Origin: Trichoplax adhaerens
Lineage: Eukaryota > Animalia > Placozoa
Assembly: GCF_000150275.1 (NCBI RefSeq)
Contig: NW_002060944.1
Span: 1,350,911-1,414,910 of the forward strand
Direction: 5' to 3'
Length of the DNA: 64,000 nt
Shown: in pieces, positions 42,170 to 54,300 of the stretch
How the letters are laid out: each line of letters begins with the position of its first letter
Numbering within the stretch: the first letter of the stretch is position 1
Made by a program: the position numbers and the translations under genes
Notes under the pieces: model-generated
Seen by the model: the letters and a program-made list of their open reading frames with translations, nothing else
The model's database searches: none
Told to the model about the DNA's origin: nothing

Positions 42170-43205
42170 TTGTACACTGTGCACTGTACACTATGCACTG
42201 TACACTGTGCATTGTACGCTGTGCATTATACACTGTACAATGTACTGTAGATACAGTACTAGAGTACTGTACACTGTACAGTATATTGTACTGTACTACT
42301 CTATTTCGTCCTGGCCTGGCATGGCAGCCCCAAAGCGAAGACACCCTTGATTGTCCGGCCTCTCGATCCACCCTACCTTCGCTGTACTGTACAGTACACT
42401 GTGCGGTACAGTGTACAGTGTATGAGGAGGAATGCAAACAGAGTGACAGTCCCTAATGATGGACACATGACTATACTACAGTATAAAGTACTGTACAGTA
42501 CAGTACAAAGCGTTTCCACAGTTCTCTTCCAATTTGTACAGTACAGTACTGTACTGTACTGTACAGTGTACACTACAGTATTCGTATACACTGTACAATG
42601 TACTGTAGATACAGTACTAGAGTACTGTACACTGTACGATACTGTACTGTATGTTTATTTACACTATTATACTGTACTGTACAGATTATTTACTCTACAG
42701 GATAATAATAAAAAAAAAAAATTTTAAATAAATCAAATTTGAGAAATTAATTTTTTAAAATAGCGCTTACATTACAGTACTGTACAGTATATTGTACTGT
42801 ACTACTCTATTTCGTCCTGGCCTGGCATGGCAGCCCCAAAGCGAAGACACCCTTGATTGTCCGGCCTCTCGATCCACCCTACCTTTGCTGTACTGTACTG
42901 TACACTGTGCAGTACAGTGTACAGTACAGTGTACTGTATGAGGAGGAATGCAAACAGAGTGACAGTCCCTAATGATGGACACATGACTATACTACAGTAT
43001 ACAGTACTGTACAGTACAGTACAAAGCGTTTCCACAGTTCTCTTCCAATTTGTACAGTACAGTATTCAAAAGTTGAACACACGACCCTACAGTGTACAGT
43101 ACATTCCGCAGCGTGCTATACTGTAGGTTGTAGACTGTACACTGTACGCGGCTTACTGTATGAGTGTATGAACATCTCACTTTATCAAACGCTTACTGTA
43201 CTGTA
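42170..43205. repeat. ACAGT/ACTGT/GTAC low-complexity satellite-like tract with internal duplication, in the divergent ECD-CARHSP1 spacer
   Basis: Dense TACAGTAC/GTACTGTA units in both orientations. Block 42275-42548 recurs at 42781-43064 and block 42227-42279 recurs at 42585-42637. Confidence 0.9.
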
Positions 43206-43332
43206 TCTAGACCTGACGTCTGTATCGACGTCAAGGTGAAATACTCCACTTGCATAAGCTCGACTACAGACCTGACGCCAACTGGATGTTGGATTTTACT
43301 TTTAAACCTCCTCTCCAGGCAACACAAGGAAC

Positions 43333-44846
43333 ATGGCCGCCCAAGAAAATAGCCAGCAAGACTTTCACTTTATCGTACCAAGCCCAGTACCAACTCGCCG
43401 ACTAAGATCTGAATCCACGTAAGCTATTTATTCTATACTCGTCATAGTTGAACAGAATGAATCCGAGACAAGCTGAAGATTACAGCCAATAAAGTTCCTC
43501 ACTGTACAAGTGTACAAGTGTACATCAGTGAAAAATAACTTCTCATTGACATGTTCTCTACATCACGCAGTCGACTAGAATAGAGATGTCTCTAGCATCA
43601 ATCATCGTTGATAGACGTTCATTGCACTGTATGACCAATAGTATCCACAAAAATATGGACAAAGATAAATCTAGATCAATGCACATACCAACAACGTATT
43701 AATGTGTTGATCGAAAGGAGTTCAATTCCATGTGCCTAAAATGAATGTCTATTAGCGCACTGAATGTGCGCTATGGACTATATTAGTATACGCGTGTACG
43801 TGCAGACTCGTGGAACGAGTTCTTTTCAGCAAGATATTATATATTAATTATACACTAGCCAAACAAGACGGAAAGTATCGTTATGTCAATCGATTGTAAT
43901 GCGACAATGGATTGTGCTGCATTATAAGGATATCGAAAATGGCTGAAGGATTTGCTTACAATGTAAACGCATGCATTTCAATATTTTCTTGTAGGCATGA
44001 GAGAGCTGTTGCCGGTGAATGTAGGATTGGAGTCTGCCATGATTTTCATCGGGACAAGGGCCATGGATTTATCAAGCCTGAGGATAGTAATGACTTGATA
44101 TTTGTTCATATATCCGAGTAAGTGCTGCCAAAGACTGCATTATCTTGTTCTTTTTCAGTTCACGGTCAACATACATTACACCTTGAAATATTGTCAGTAG
44201 CATCGTTATCTTTGCAGTTGTATTGAAGAACCAGAATTCAATTTGGAGCCGCTTCTATATTCATATTACTGTAGATAGCATATCAATATATACAGTACAG
44301 TTGTTGACCGGTGAACAGTCGATCAATGAACTCTATTATCGATATAGTGTACTGTATACTGTGATACGGAACGCGAAATCGTTAATACTCTTTTATCATC
44401 ACTGGTTGAGATAATTCATTGACCATAGTAGATGTTGCCTTTTAATGGTGATCAACCGTGTTATGTTAAAAAGTCGTTCAAAAAATGTTATTGTTCTAAT
44501 ATTAATGAGTTGATGATTTCTAGATAAAATTAAAATTGTTCGGTATAGACTATACACTGCCACCATGTTATTATAGGCATAGGCTTTGGAACTATAGTTA
44601 TGATGTCAACTCGACGATTGTTGTCACTGTTATTTGTAAATTATGACGGATAATACTAAGAATATTAGGAGCTTTTCTAAATTAATTTCTATTTTCGAAT
44701 ATAGTATTAATGGAGAATACGTATTAAAAGCGGGTGATGCGGTCAAATTTAAAACTTGTCCTTTACCACCAAAATGTGATAAGCTGCAAGCTGTTGATGT
44801 CACTATCGTTGATGCCGATGAACTTTCTCATGAACGATGGTCGTAA
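43333..44846 (+). CDS. CARHSP1: Cold-shock-domain RNA-binding protein, CARHSP1/CSDC2 family, 3 exons, 116 aa
   Basis: Exons 43333-43418, 43995-44117 and 44705-44846 join in frame through GT-AG introns: MAAQENSQQDFHFIVPSPVPTRRLRSES...GVCHDFHRDKGHGFI...IFVHISDINGEYV...KLQAVDV...HERWS. Contains family motif PSPxPTRR and RNP1/RNP2. Confidence 0.92.
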
Positions 44847-47800
44847 CCGTAGAATGGATTGGTCGTCCATAGCGAGTGACAAAACAAAAATTTTCACAAA
44901 CAATAACCCTACGCTTCTATACATCGATCCATCTAATTATTAGTAATGTAAAATTGTATGGAGATATGATGTAGAAGTGATAACTTCCTTAATATTTGTA
45001 TTACCATTCTAGGAGTATACGTATATAATCTTGGTTCGCTTAGTGGCCTTGAAAGTGTTACTGTCCGCATTAGTCAATATTATGCTAACTCGATTATATG
45101 GATGTTTATCCTTTGCTATATAACCGTAATATTACAACTACATTTTATTGTGTAGATGACTTCCTTATTGGTTATCAATAATCGGGTTTGCTATAAAAGG
45201 CGTTATAGAAAATGTCCTGTGTTCACATCTTAACCTTATTGTGTGATAGTATTTTATTGAACAATTACCGTCCAATTGATTATAATACACTGTTTTGCTT
45301 CTTCCGTACAGGTTAGTCCTCTTCCTAAAATATTTTTTTCCACTGTAGCTTGTATTTGTTCATCATAACCAAATTTAGATTAGGCTTTGTTAACCTTGAA
45401 TGGCCGTTACCTATTTCAAATCTTAAGCAAATTATGGATCTGTACTTACCCTTAACTTCAACTCATATTCTCTAATCTCAACATTTACCAGATATTGTAT
45501 CCCAAGTTTTCAAAATAATCATAGATCGTTACTGACAAGTTTCTTGATCTATTATTGCTGTATGACTGGTGTATGTTACCGTAACTATACCGTGATTTAT
45601 TGATTGTAGCTATAATTTTACTTAGTTGATAAATGACATGTGATTGCATATTTCTTCATTGTGCGTGTCCATGCATTGTACTATAGAATTGTTGTGTTTT
45701 ATATGATTACACTTCATAAATTGAAATCTTCAGGATAACGTTTTTTTTATTTTAGACATTTATTCGTCCCGTTTCATTTAGGCGTAAAATGTTTAATATT
45801 TCATGCAAAACTTTTTTATTTACCATGTTTGGTTCTTTGCCTAAATAATAAAATACAAGATTATAGATCATGGTTTTGCTTGCTATTGATCGTTAAAATA
45901 CAGTATGTGCGACTTAAGATTACAGTGTATCGTACTGCTGCAGCACACAAGAGCTAGTACTCTATTTATTTAGTAAGGACATTATGTATTTGCATGTATA
46001 CATTTTATAATATTTGCAATACTAAAGAATTCGTGTTATTTCCATTATTTCACCCATTATTTAATCGGCTATATTGAAGTGCGATTTTAAACAGAACTTA
46101 AGAACGCCAAATACTGTATTGGTCTATCCAACATTATAAGTACGCTTACATAATTTTCTAAAACTTTATCTCCATGTAATAATAGCTTTCAGAAGAATAT
46201 AAATCAGAGATAATAGCAATGATTATTTAGCATTCATTGAAGCTACTGCACCTACTCTAAAATACTCTTAGACATAGCATAAAGCGATGTCATATGAGTT
46301 TGATCATTTCTATTCTATTACTACTATTCTTATCAATAAATTTTCGATTTGTTGACTAAATAACTTAAAACAGGTTAATCCCATTAATAGAGTTAAGCTT
46401 GCATTTATTCATGAAATCGTGACAGTTTCAATTGAACAAACTGATGCAGTAGATCATCTTTTAATTTAAAGTTGAAATTTTAAATCGATAACATTGTTTG
46501 CATTGTCGCTTTATTAGCTGAACGTGACAGTTGCAACAGTAAGTATCATTACACAGATTGCTAGTGAAATTTGACATGGTTACATAACCGAATTTTTTAT
46601 CCATTTTCTCATCAAGGTGGAAATATCTCAATATCACGATACCGTTTTTTCAACTAAGTATTTATTGACTACTGAATACTGAATATTTTTAAATGGATTT
46701 ATTGAATTTTGCTGGGCTTGTAGTTAATAGAGCGGTGGTAGAATTGTGATATAAAAATAGACTACTGCGAGTTAATTTACTGACATTAAAAGGTGTGCTA
46801 AGCTCTAATAATTGAGCTGTATTTTGTCGGATGATAAGCATTTCAACACCTGATAGTTCACAGCGACCTAGATTCAGCATATCTATGTATCTATTTAGTA
46901 ATTATATCTATACTAATTTACGTCAATTAATACGAAAACTCACTGTAGAAATCTATTTAAGTGCATTTAGTCGTAAAATAAAAGTAGCAATTGCTTAAAA
47001 AGTGTTCGGAAGTCGTAACGTGAAGAAAATATAGCAATTAATCAATAGCCTGTAGAGTTCAGCCAAGAAATTGAGTGCTGATTTATCACTTGCATAGAGA
47101 CTGAAAATAATGGAGGAAATAGCCTGAGTTATGGTACCTGAACCAGAGTTCTTTACAAATTTTTGCCACAAGGCTTTTGGTACTCAGACTACCACAGTAT
47201 TACTCAAGTTAAGATGTTATTTTTCTAAAACTCGTTAATCTCACTGTAGTTTCTAACAAATTGTTATGACAGCTACTTATATAACATCAATACACATACG
47301 ATTATACGCGTACAGATCATATTTGGTTACTTTTTGAAATAAATTTCTGGCTCGTAAGCGAAAATACCATGTGTGATATAGTCAAATATTTACATAGCAG
47401 CGTGTATATAAATTACTATGAATTACTATAAATACTCTAAAAAAGAGAGTGAGACTATAAGCACATTTGTAAAACTTTGGAATCTCTAAGATCTATGGCA
47501 CACTATGTGAAAAGTATAAATAGCATAATTTTAATGTACTGCAAATCAAGGTCTGAATCAGATCACAAATAGTAAAATCAATCATCAAGTTTTACTTCCT
47601 GATAAAGATGCATAACTAAAATTAATTTAAATAGAGATTGTAGGCTATACAACTGAATCCTAATTATCACTTCTACTATATATTGATAAACGGTGGTACA
47701 TCAGGTAAAAAAGCGCATCACAGGAAATATTATTGCTGAGTGAACGGGAAAATTTGATAATGTACTATTATTTAGCTAGCTAGCTTAAGTACCCCTTTAA

Positions 47801-48307
47801 ATGTAGACTGCATACGTACTTAATGTTAATAAATATAAAAAATTTATTGACTTGAATCAGATACATAAAATTAATGAAGTAATAGTATGTCGGTATTCAT
47901 TATATTTTATAACCCAAACTATATTCAATAGACAATTTGCATTTGACGCCAATCTTATCGTGTAAAATTTCATACAAACATACTTGATTAAGGCATGAAC
48001 TGAAATGTAAATAATGACGGATACAAATCCATTCCAATGAGACAGTTATACTGTAGTAACGTTACATTAATATTTTAGAATATCTGAAGTTTACTCGCGA
48101 ATAAGAATTGAATATGAGCTTTAATGTTATTCAAAATGTGAATTGAAATTTTATCTTGTAACACTTTTAATATTTTAGTATTCTACAAAGTTATCTAGAA
48201 AAATTTTATATCGATTTCTCGATTACATCTACTCATCGAAAGTACTGAGAAATATATTACGATGAAATATACGGACGCCAATTAAAATCCCATATGAGCA
48301 TAGTCTA

Positions 48308-51300
48308 TCAATCATCTAACTGACAGAGTAATGCAACTCCTCGTCGAATCCAGTGAGTTGCTTCTTTATCCGTTAATAAATTAACAAATACGACAAAATT
48401 AGTTGAGTGGCCAGTCGTCGAAAGCGTGCCTCGCCTAGCACTTGTTTTGTAGACAGGACATGAATAAGTAGATTTGTCTGGAATGTCTTCATATTTGGAA
48501 GGTTTTATGTAAAGCTGTAGATTAGAGGTTTTCAGTTAAGGAAAAAAATGAATAGTTTTAATTATAAAATTTTCTATAATTTTAAATAACTTTCAAAATA
48601 AATTTGCTATCATAATGGCGGTAGTTAGAAATATGTTAGGATACTGTTGGGAGTGCATCATATAATATTTTCGGGTAAGATTCTCCTAAAACCATTTTTT
48701 CTCTATCCCAACGAGCACCTTCCAAAAACAATCCCTACAAATAATATAATATATTAGTATGAAATAGTAAAGGAACTGTTGGTTAATGAATATTTAGGGC
48801 AATATTATTATACTTACAGTACAATACACTCCATCTTCAGGCTTTCCATTTGTAGACCCATCGTCTCGTAATACCTCAAAGTCAAATCCTAAATGATCAA
48901 TTGGAATAGTATATTTTCTGGCAAAATTTTGCGATGTACCTATTGAAAAGTTTCAATTATTATTAGGAATTATTCACTATAATAAAGTCCAATAATCTGC
49001 GCTACTTTTTCTATACTCACCCGTTAAGAAAGATTGTGTGAAAAAGAACCCAGAGAGCCAAAAGACATTTGGTATGCCATTATCTATCCAAGCTTGAAAA
49101 AATTTCAATCTCGCTAATAAGTCAGAAATATAGCTTCCGAGAGGCTTTAAAGACGGATATGATTTCTGTGCCCATAATGTTGGTACTTTGCCAACAAGCA
49201 TGCTATCAAACATATCTTCCAGAACTTCAGACATTACCATCAAACCCTAAACGAGGTTAATGCAAATAGCCTTAATTATATACATGATTTAGCTTACAAA
49301 TAATTATTATCATAATAAGAGCATGAAAATTATAATTCCAAACCAGATATTATAGATGCATACAGTACGGTATATCTAATCTACCTCGTATATTATAGCA
49401 TTTATAACTAGTAAGATAAATAATTCCGTGTAATTACTTTAATTGCTTTCAAAATGTCCTTCAAGCTCTCTCGAATTACAACAATTAACCGGTTAAATCG
49501 AATCAATTCCTGTCTGAGAACTGTATTCATTGACTCCTCGTAGCTAACAGGATATTTTTTCATTACCTATAGAAGTATAAAAGAATAAATTAATTACATA
49601 TTACAACAATCAATTTACCGATATAAGCGATGCATAATTGGGTAAAAAATATTATTTAACTAACGTACATAATTCATATCAAAATCTTTTGGTATCTTTT
49701 GTAAGATGTCCAAAGCTAATTCTTCTATTAATTCTTGGGAAGATTTATTACTGCCAGTGGCTTGTCTCGGTAATGTAGTGAGGATATCATTGAAAAGCTG
49801 CATTGTCAAGTACAACGGAAATTATTAAGTTGATATGACGAAAATTGCAGGTTATCATTTAAAGTAAACTCAAATACCTGTAAAGTTGCTTGTTGATCTT
49901 TAGTAATATCAGCATTTTCATGAAGACCGAACACTTCCGGATATGGCGTTAATGGTAAACTTCGTATGTACTCAATGCAATTATCATAAGAACCATCAGA
50001 TGGAGCAAAATATAAACCGCTAGGGGATAATCTACGTGTATTATAAATATCATCAGTTTGCTTATGTTATCTGTAATGTTTATCTTGATTATAGAATTAT
50101 ATTAATAAGATAAAAATCAATGTTAGTTACCTATAATTATCGTCTGTAACTATTTCATTGCAATAAAATATGGACAATGTACTTAAAAGTAGTCGACGAT
50201 CTTTATCATCAGTTACTCTTCCACCATGATTGCATTGCCCTGTCAAGTAAATTAAAGCATCCAAGGGTATTTCTTCATATTCGTTAAGAAACATCTAGTT
50301 GTAGTAATTAGATAAAACCAACATAAATAACTCCATCTGTGCTACTATTAATTTCAGTTTTAATGTCATGTGTAAAATATAATGAATAGTTATTATTCAG
50401 TTATAAAATCATCCACATCAGTATATGAAATAAATATTTATATTTTATATTAGCGGTGACTAGCCCACAATGAAGAACCTATTCAATGATAATTGTATTT
50501 CCGTGATTTAAAATGCAATCATCAAACCTTTAAGCTTTAAAATATGTTAATGGCTGACAATTATATCTTATTTTATTTACCGTAATTGTCTTAAACTGAT
50601 ACGTAGATCTGAGTCGTTAAATTCGTATGCAATATTCCAACCTAATGGGCCAAACTGACGCCTTTCCTGGACAAGAGCATGAAAGAAACATAAACCAAAC
50701 ACCAATTTACGCCACGCTACAGGTTTATTACAGTCATTATAAAATTCGTGATCGCTAATTGGATCTGTCAAATAAGATCTTAATAGATTAGCACGTAATC
50801 CTTTCGGTGGTTCATTTGTCATTTTGACTCCATCTTGTAATAATGTGACGGGAAAATGCTTCGATGGATAACTGGTCAACCATAAACGAAAATTGGGATG
50901 AGTTTTATCCGGTGTGATAACTTCTTTTACATATTTTTTCTAATACTGGCATCCAACTTGTTGCTAGATGACAGTTTTGTAACACTACCCATGTACCATG
51001 TTGGATAGCGTGCTCAATCATTTGAGCTGCAATTGGACCTTGCCCTTGTCCTAATGAAATTGCACGACATTGATGGCCTTTAATGCCTTTATCTTCAGCA
51101 AATTTTAATAGCGTTACCATTGGATCAGCGCCAGGGGATAAGATAAATATCAGTGGGGCACAACAATGTGAATCCATGTAACTACTTTCCAGATCGAAAG
51201 GTGGAGGCTCTATATACTGTTTACTTAAATGATGCGCAATAAAATCTTGAACGGCTGGTATGACTTTATCTGGCCTCAGGCAACGTATTACAATTAATTT

Positions 51301-54300
51301 ATCAATATCGTTTAGATTCTGATTCCAAGGTGAGGGTAATGGAGTTAGATGAGGTTGGATTGCATCATAGACAGCTTTCCATTCATGGGATCGATCGATA
51401 AAATCTTGTAGCCAATCTTTAAAATGTGGCAATGCAGATGCACGCACAATTTCAGCCCAAGCCTTATCGGTTAGCCAATCTTTAGCAGGATTTGGATAAG
51501 GATTATTTAATGCTACACCTCCGGTTAAGAGAAAACGCCAAGCTTCATCATCGATTTGATCTTGACTTTTCATGATACCAACACATAAGAGGAATGAGAA
51601 CAACAATTTATCTTTTTCAAATAATGATCGGCATACATTTTTATAGATACTATAGGTAAAGTGCTCATTTAGATGAAAAATTCGCTCTTCAATATCACTA
51701 TCGTCATCATCATCATCATCATCATTGCCATCATCATTTTTAACTGTACTCATTTTGTCTTTGTTGGCAAGGGATGGCTTTCTTGAAGATGGTGTTGAAG
51801 CTATCGTTGCTATGGATGGCGATGTTGATGTCATTTTGCTTTGTTCAATCGATTGCAAGTATAAATTAATAAACCATGTCAGTGAATATTGATACATAGG
51901 ATCAATACTGGCGATATCAGAGATGCAAAAGAATAAGATCGATGAGTGAGTAGCTACTGGTTTATATTTATTACGTGCTTCGTTAATTTTTTCCTCTGTT
52001 GCCAATGCAACTTGCTGTTTAGCAAAGATTTCTGCAGATAAATTTTTGGATGAAGATAAAATTTTAATCGCTTCTTCATTTTCCAAGATGTCACCTTGCG
52101 TTGTGGATAAAATCTCTAAAATTTTACCTTCAATTAATTTTAATTGCCAGTTATTGTCAGCACTCTCAACTACTAATTGATTACGTCTTGCTTCTAGATT
52201 TGGCTTCTCTTTTGCTACAAGAATGCCTAAGAGTTGATCTTCCAAGCCGGTAGGGGTAATCATAAAATTTAGCAGCGTTACCTTTACTGTGACTTCCGGT
52301 AAATAATGAGGATTTCTTAATCGAGTTGTAATATACAGACGGAAATCTTTGGAATATTCAATAATAGTTTCACCAAGTTTAATATAATCCACACCACCTT
52401 GTCGAAAAGTTTGTTTTAATAAGACAGTCTCTAATATTGGATCCAGTTCTTCACCAACATCTTCCAATAAAATAGGCAAACCAAGCTGTATATGATTTTC
52501 TAAGTGACGCAAATAATTTTGATCGGTTAATCTTATGACTGCTAACTGATTGGGCTTCTCCATGTTCTTGATCCATTTATTAGCTTGATTTTGTGGATCA
52601 ATCATTAATGGCCAACGGCGCCCATGTGTAACAATGATTGCATTCTCATTTGAAAATGTATCAATAGGTAAGCCATCCATTTGCCATGATCGTAACTTAA
52701 CTGGATCGCCCATAGTATCGGTAATACTGTAATTATCGGAACAGGGTATGGCCTTGAGCTGGCATAATTCTTTCCACTTGTCAACACAACTTGAACGAAA
52801 ATCAATGGTAAATGCGCCTAAATAGGCAATAATACCGGCTGATAATAAGACATCACCAGTAATATTATTATAACGTTGAGTTAAAGCATCGGCGGCTTCA
52901 TTCCAACGATCCTTTTCACCCCCTAAACCACCGATTAATTTTTCAGCACGAATCAATTTTAATGAACATAATTCAATGTTAGCTTCTAAATCGGCTTTCT
53001 TTTGTTGCATAGCATCCAACTGGTTGTATAATTCTTGTAATTTATCGGTTACTTCTTTTAATTGCTCACGTTTTGCATTTAATTTTTCTTGCTGTTTAGC
53101 CAAGACTAGTTCAGCTTCGGTTAATTTAACTTTTTTGGGAGCAACTAACTTTGCTACACTATCATAGGCTTCCATAGCGCGTACCCAACGGCATAAGCCT
53201 TCACATGCCGCTGATATATTCCGTATAGCGGTAGGTTCAAATTCTGGATTATTGACATATTTTTCGCGTATTTTTTTAATAATAACCGGTGAAATATTAT
53301 CCTTATCATATTTTTTTAATGATTCTAGGAATTTAACATCCGCTAATAAACGAGTAGATGGACCCCAATAATCTTCAACCATTTTGCCTGTGCCAGCTGG
53401 ATCTGGTCTACGTTCGGGTCGAATACCTTTCATAACACAAATGGCTTCCATGACCAATTTAACACCAGCCGCTGGATTTTTCATTGTTTTGACAAAGCTA
53501 ATATCCTGCGGTTTAAGGGTATTTAAAGCAGCAATTGCACTTTCTAATGCAGGTATAGCTTGGGCTAATTCACTTTCACATTCATCACGAATCGCTTTTG
53601 CGATAGCTGCGGCTTCATCAGCAGACCTTTCATCTGCTTCAACTAGCTGTTTCTTAGCTTGAACTTCAACGGTATCTTGCTCAATTTTAGCTAACAACAC
53701 TTCAGTTTCTTCTGATGTTTTCATCAATTCAGGCTGTAAGTCAGTTAATTCAGTTTGCATTACTGTTACTTGTTCAGCAGCAAAATCTAATTTATGTAAG
53801 CCAGCTGTGTAACGATGCTTCGAAATCATAATTTCACGCCGTTTTGAATTCAATAACGATTTAAACACCAATATTAATTCAAGATAGGATGTCGGTGTAA
53901 CATAATTATAACGACGTAATGTAGAGTAGTAATCAGTCGATAATTGGCGTACGCTGCTATGAAAATATTGGCACATTTCCACACTAGCTTTCTTGATATT
54001 TTCTTCTAAATCAATTTCTTCCAAAAATTTCATAGCTACCCTTTCTAGTGCATCCTTTGGCCATGCTTGATACCAATCGATAGTACAGCAATTAATTAAC
54101 GAGGGAAACATTCTTAAATGATTGCGGAATGCATCACCAATTGGGCTCATACACAGTACAATATGCAAGTTAGCCTTAACCCTTTCAATAAAGTAGTTGT
54201 ACATGATTAACGGATTAACTTCTAATCGTTTGCCCTCATGCTTAGCAATCAACTGGATCTTATCAAGGATATCCATTTTTTCATCTTGTTGATATAAATT

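Noticed and set aside
42295-42470. GC-rich core as hammerhead or HDV-like ribozyme, or as a CRISPR-like repeat-spacer array
   Set aside because: GGACGAAA occurs on the minus strand but without a properly placed CUGANGA; HDV P1/P3 pairings do not close; the islands are duplicated rather than unique spacers and the context is eukaryotic.
42085-43180. Many overlapping Cys/Thr/Val/Tyr-rich ORFs on both strands
   Set aside because: Artefact of the stop-poor ACAGT/GTAC repeat.
50920-50932. 7-nt GTAAAAG micro-intron as an explanation for the dynein frameshift
   Set aside because: Too short to splice, and its removal would create an in-frame TAA.
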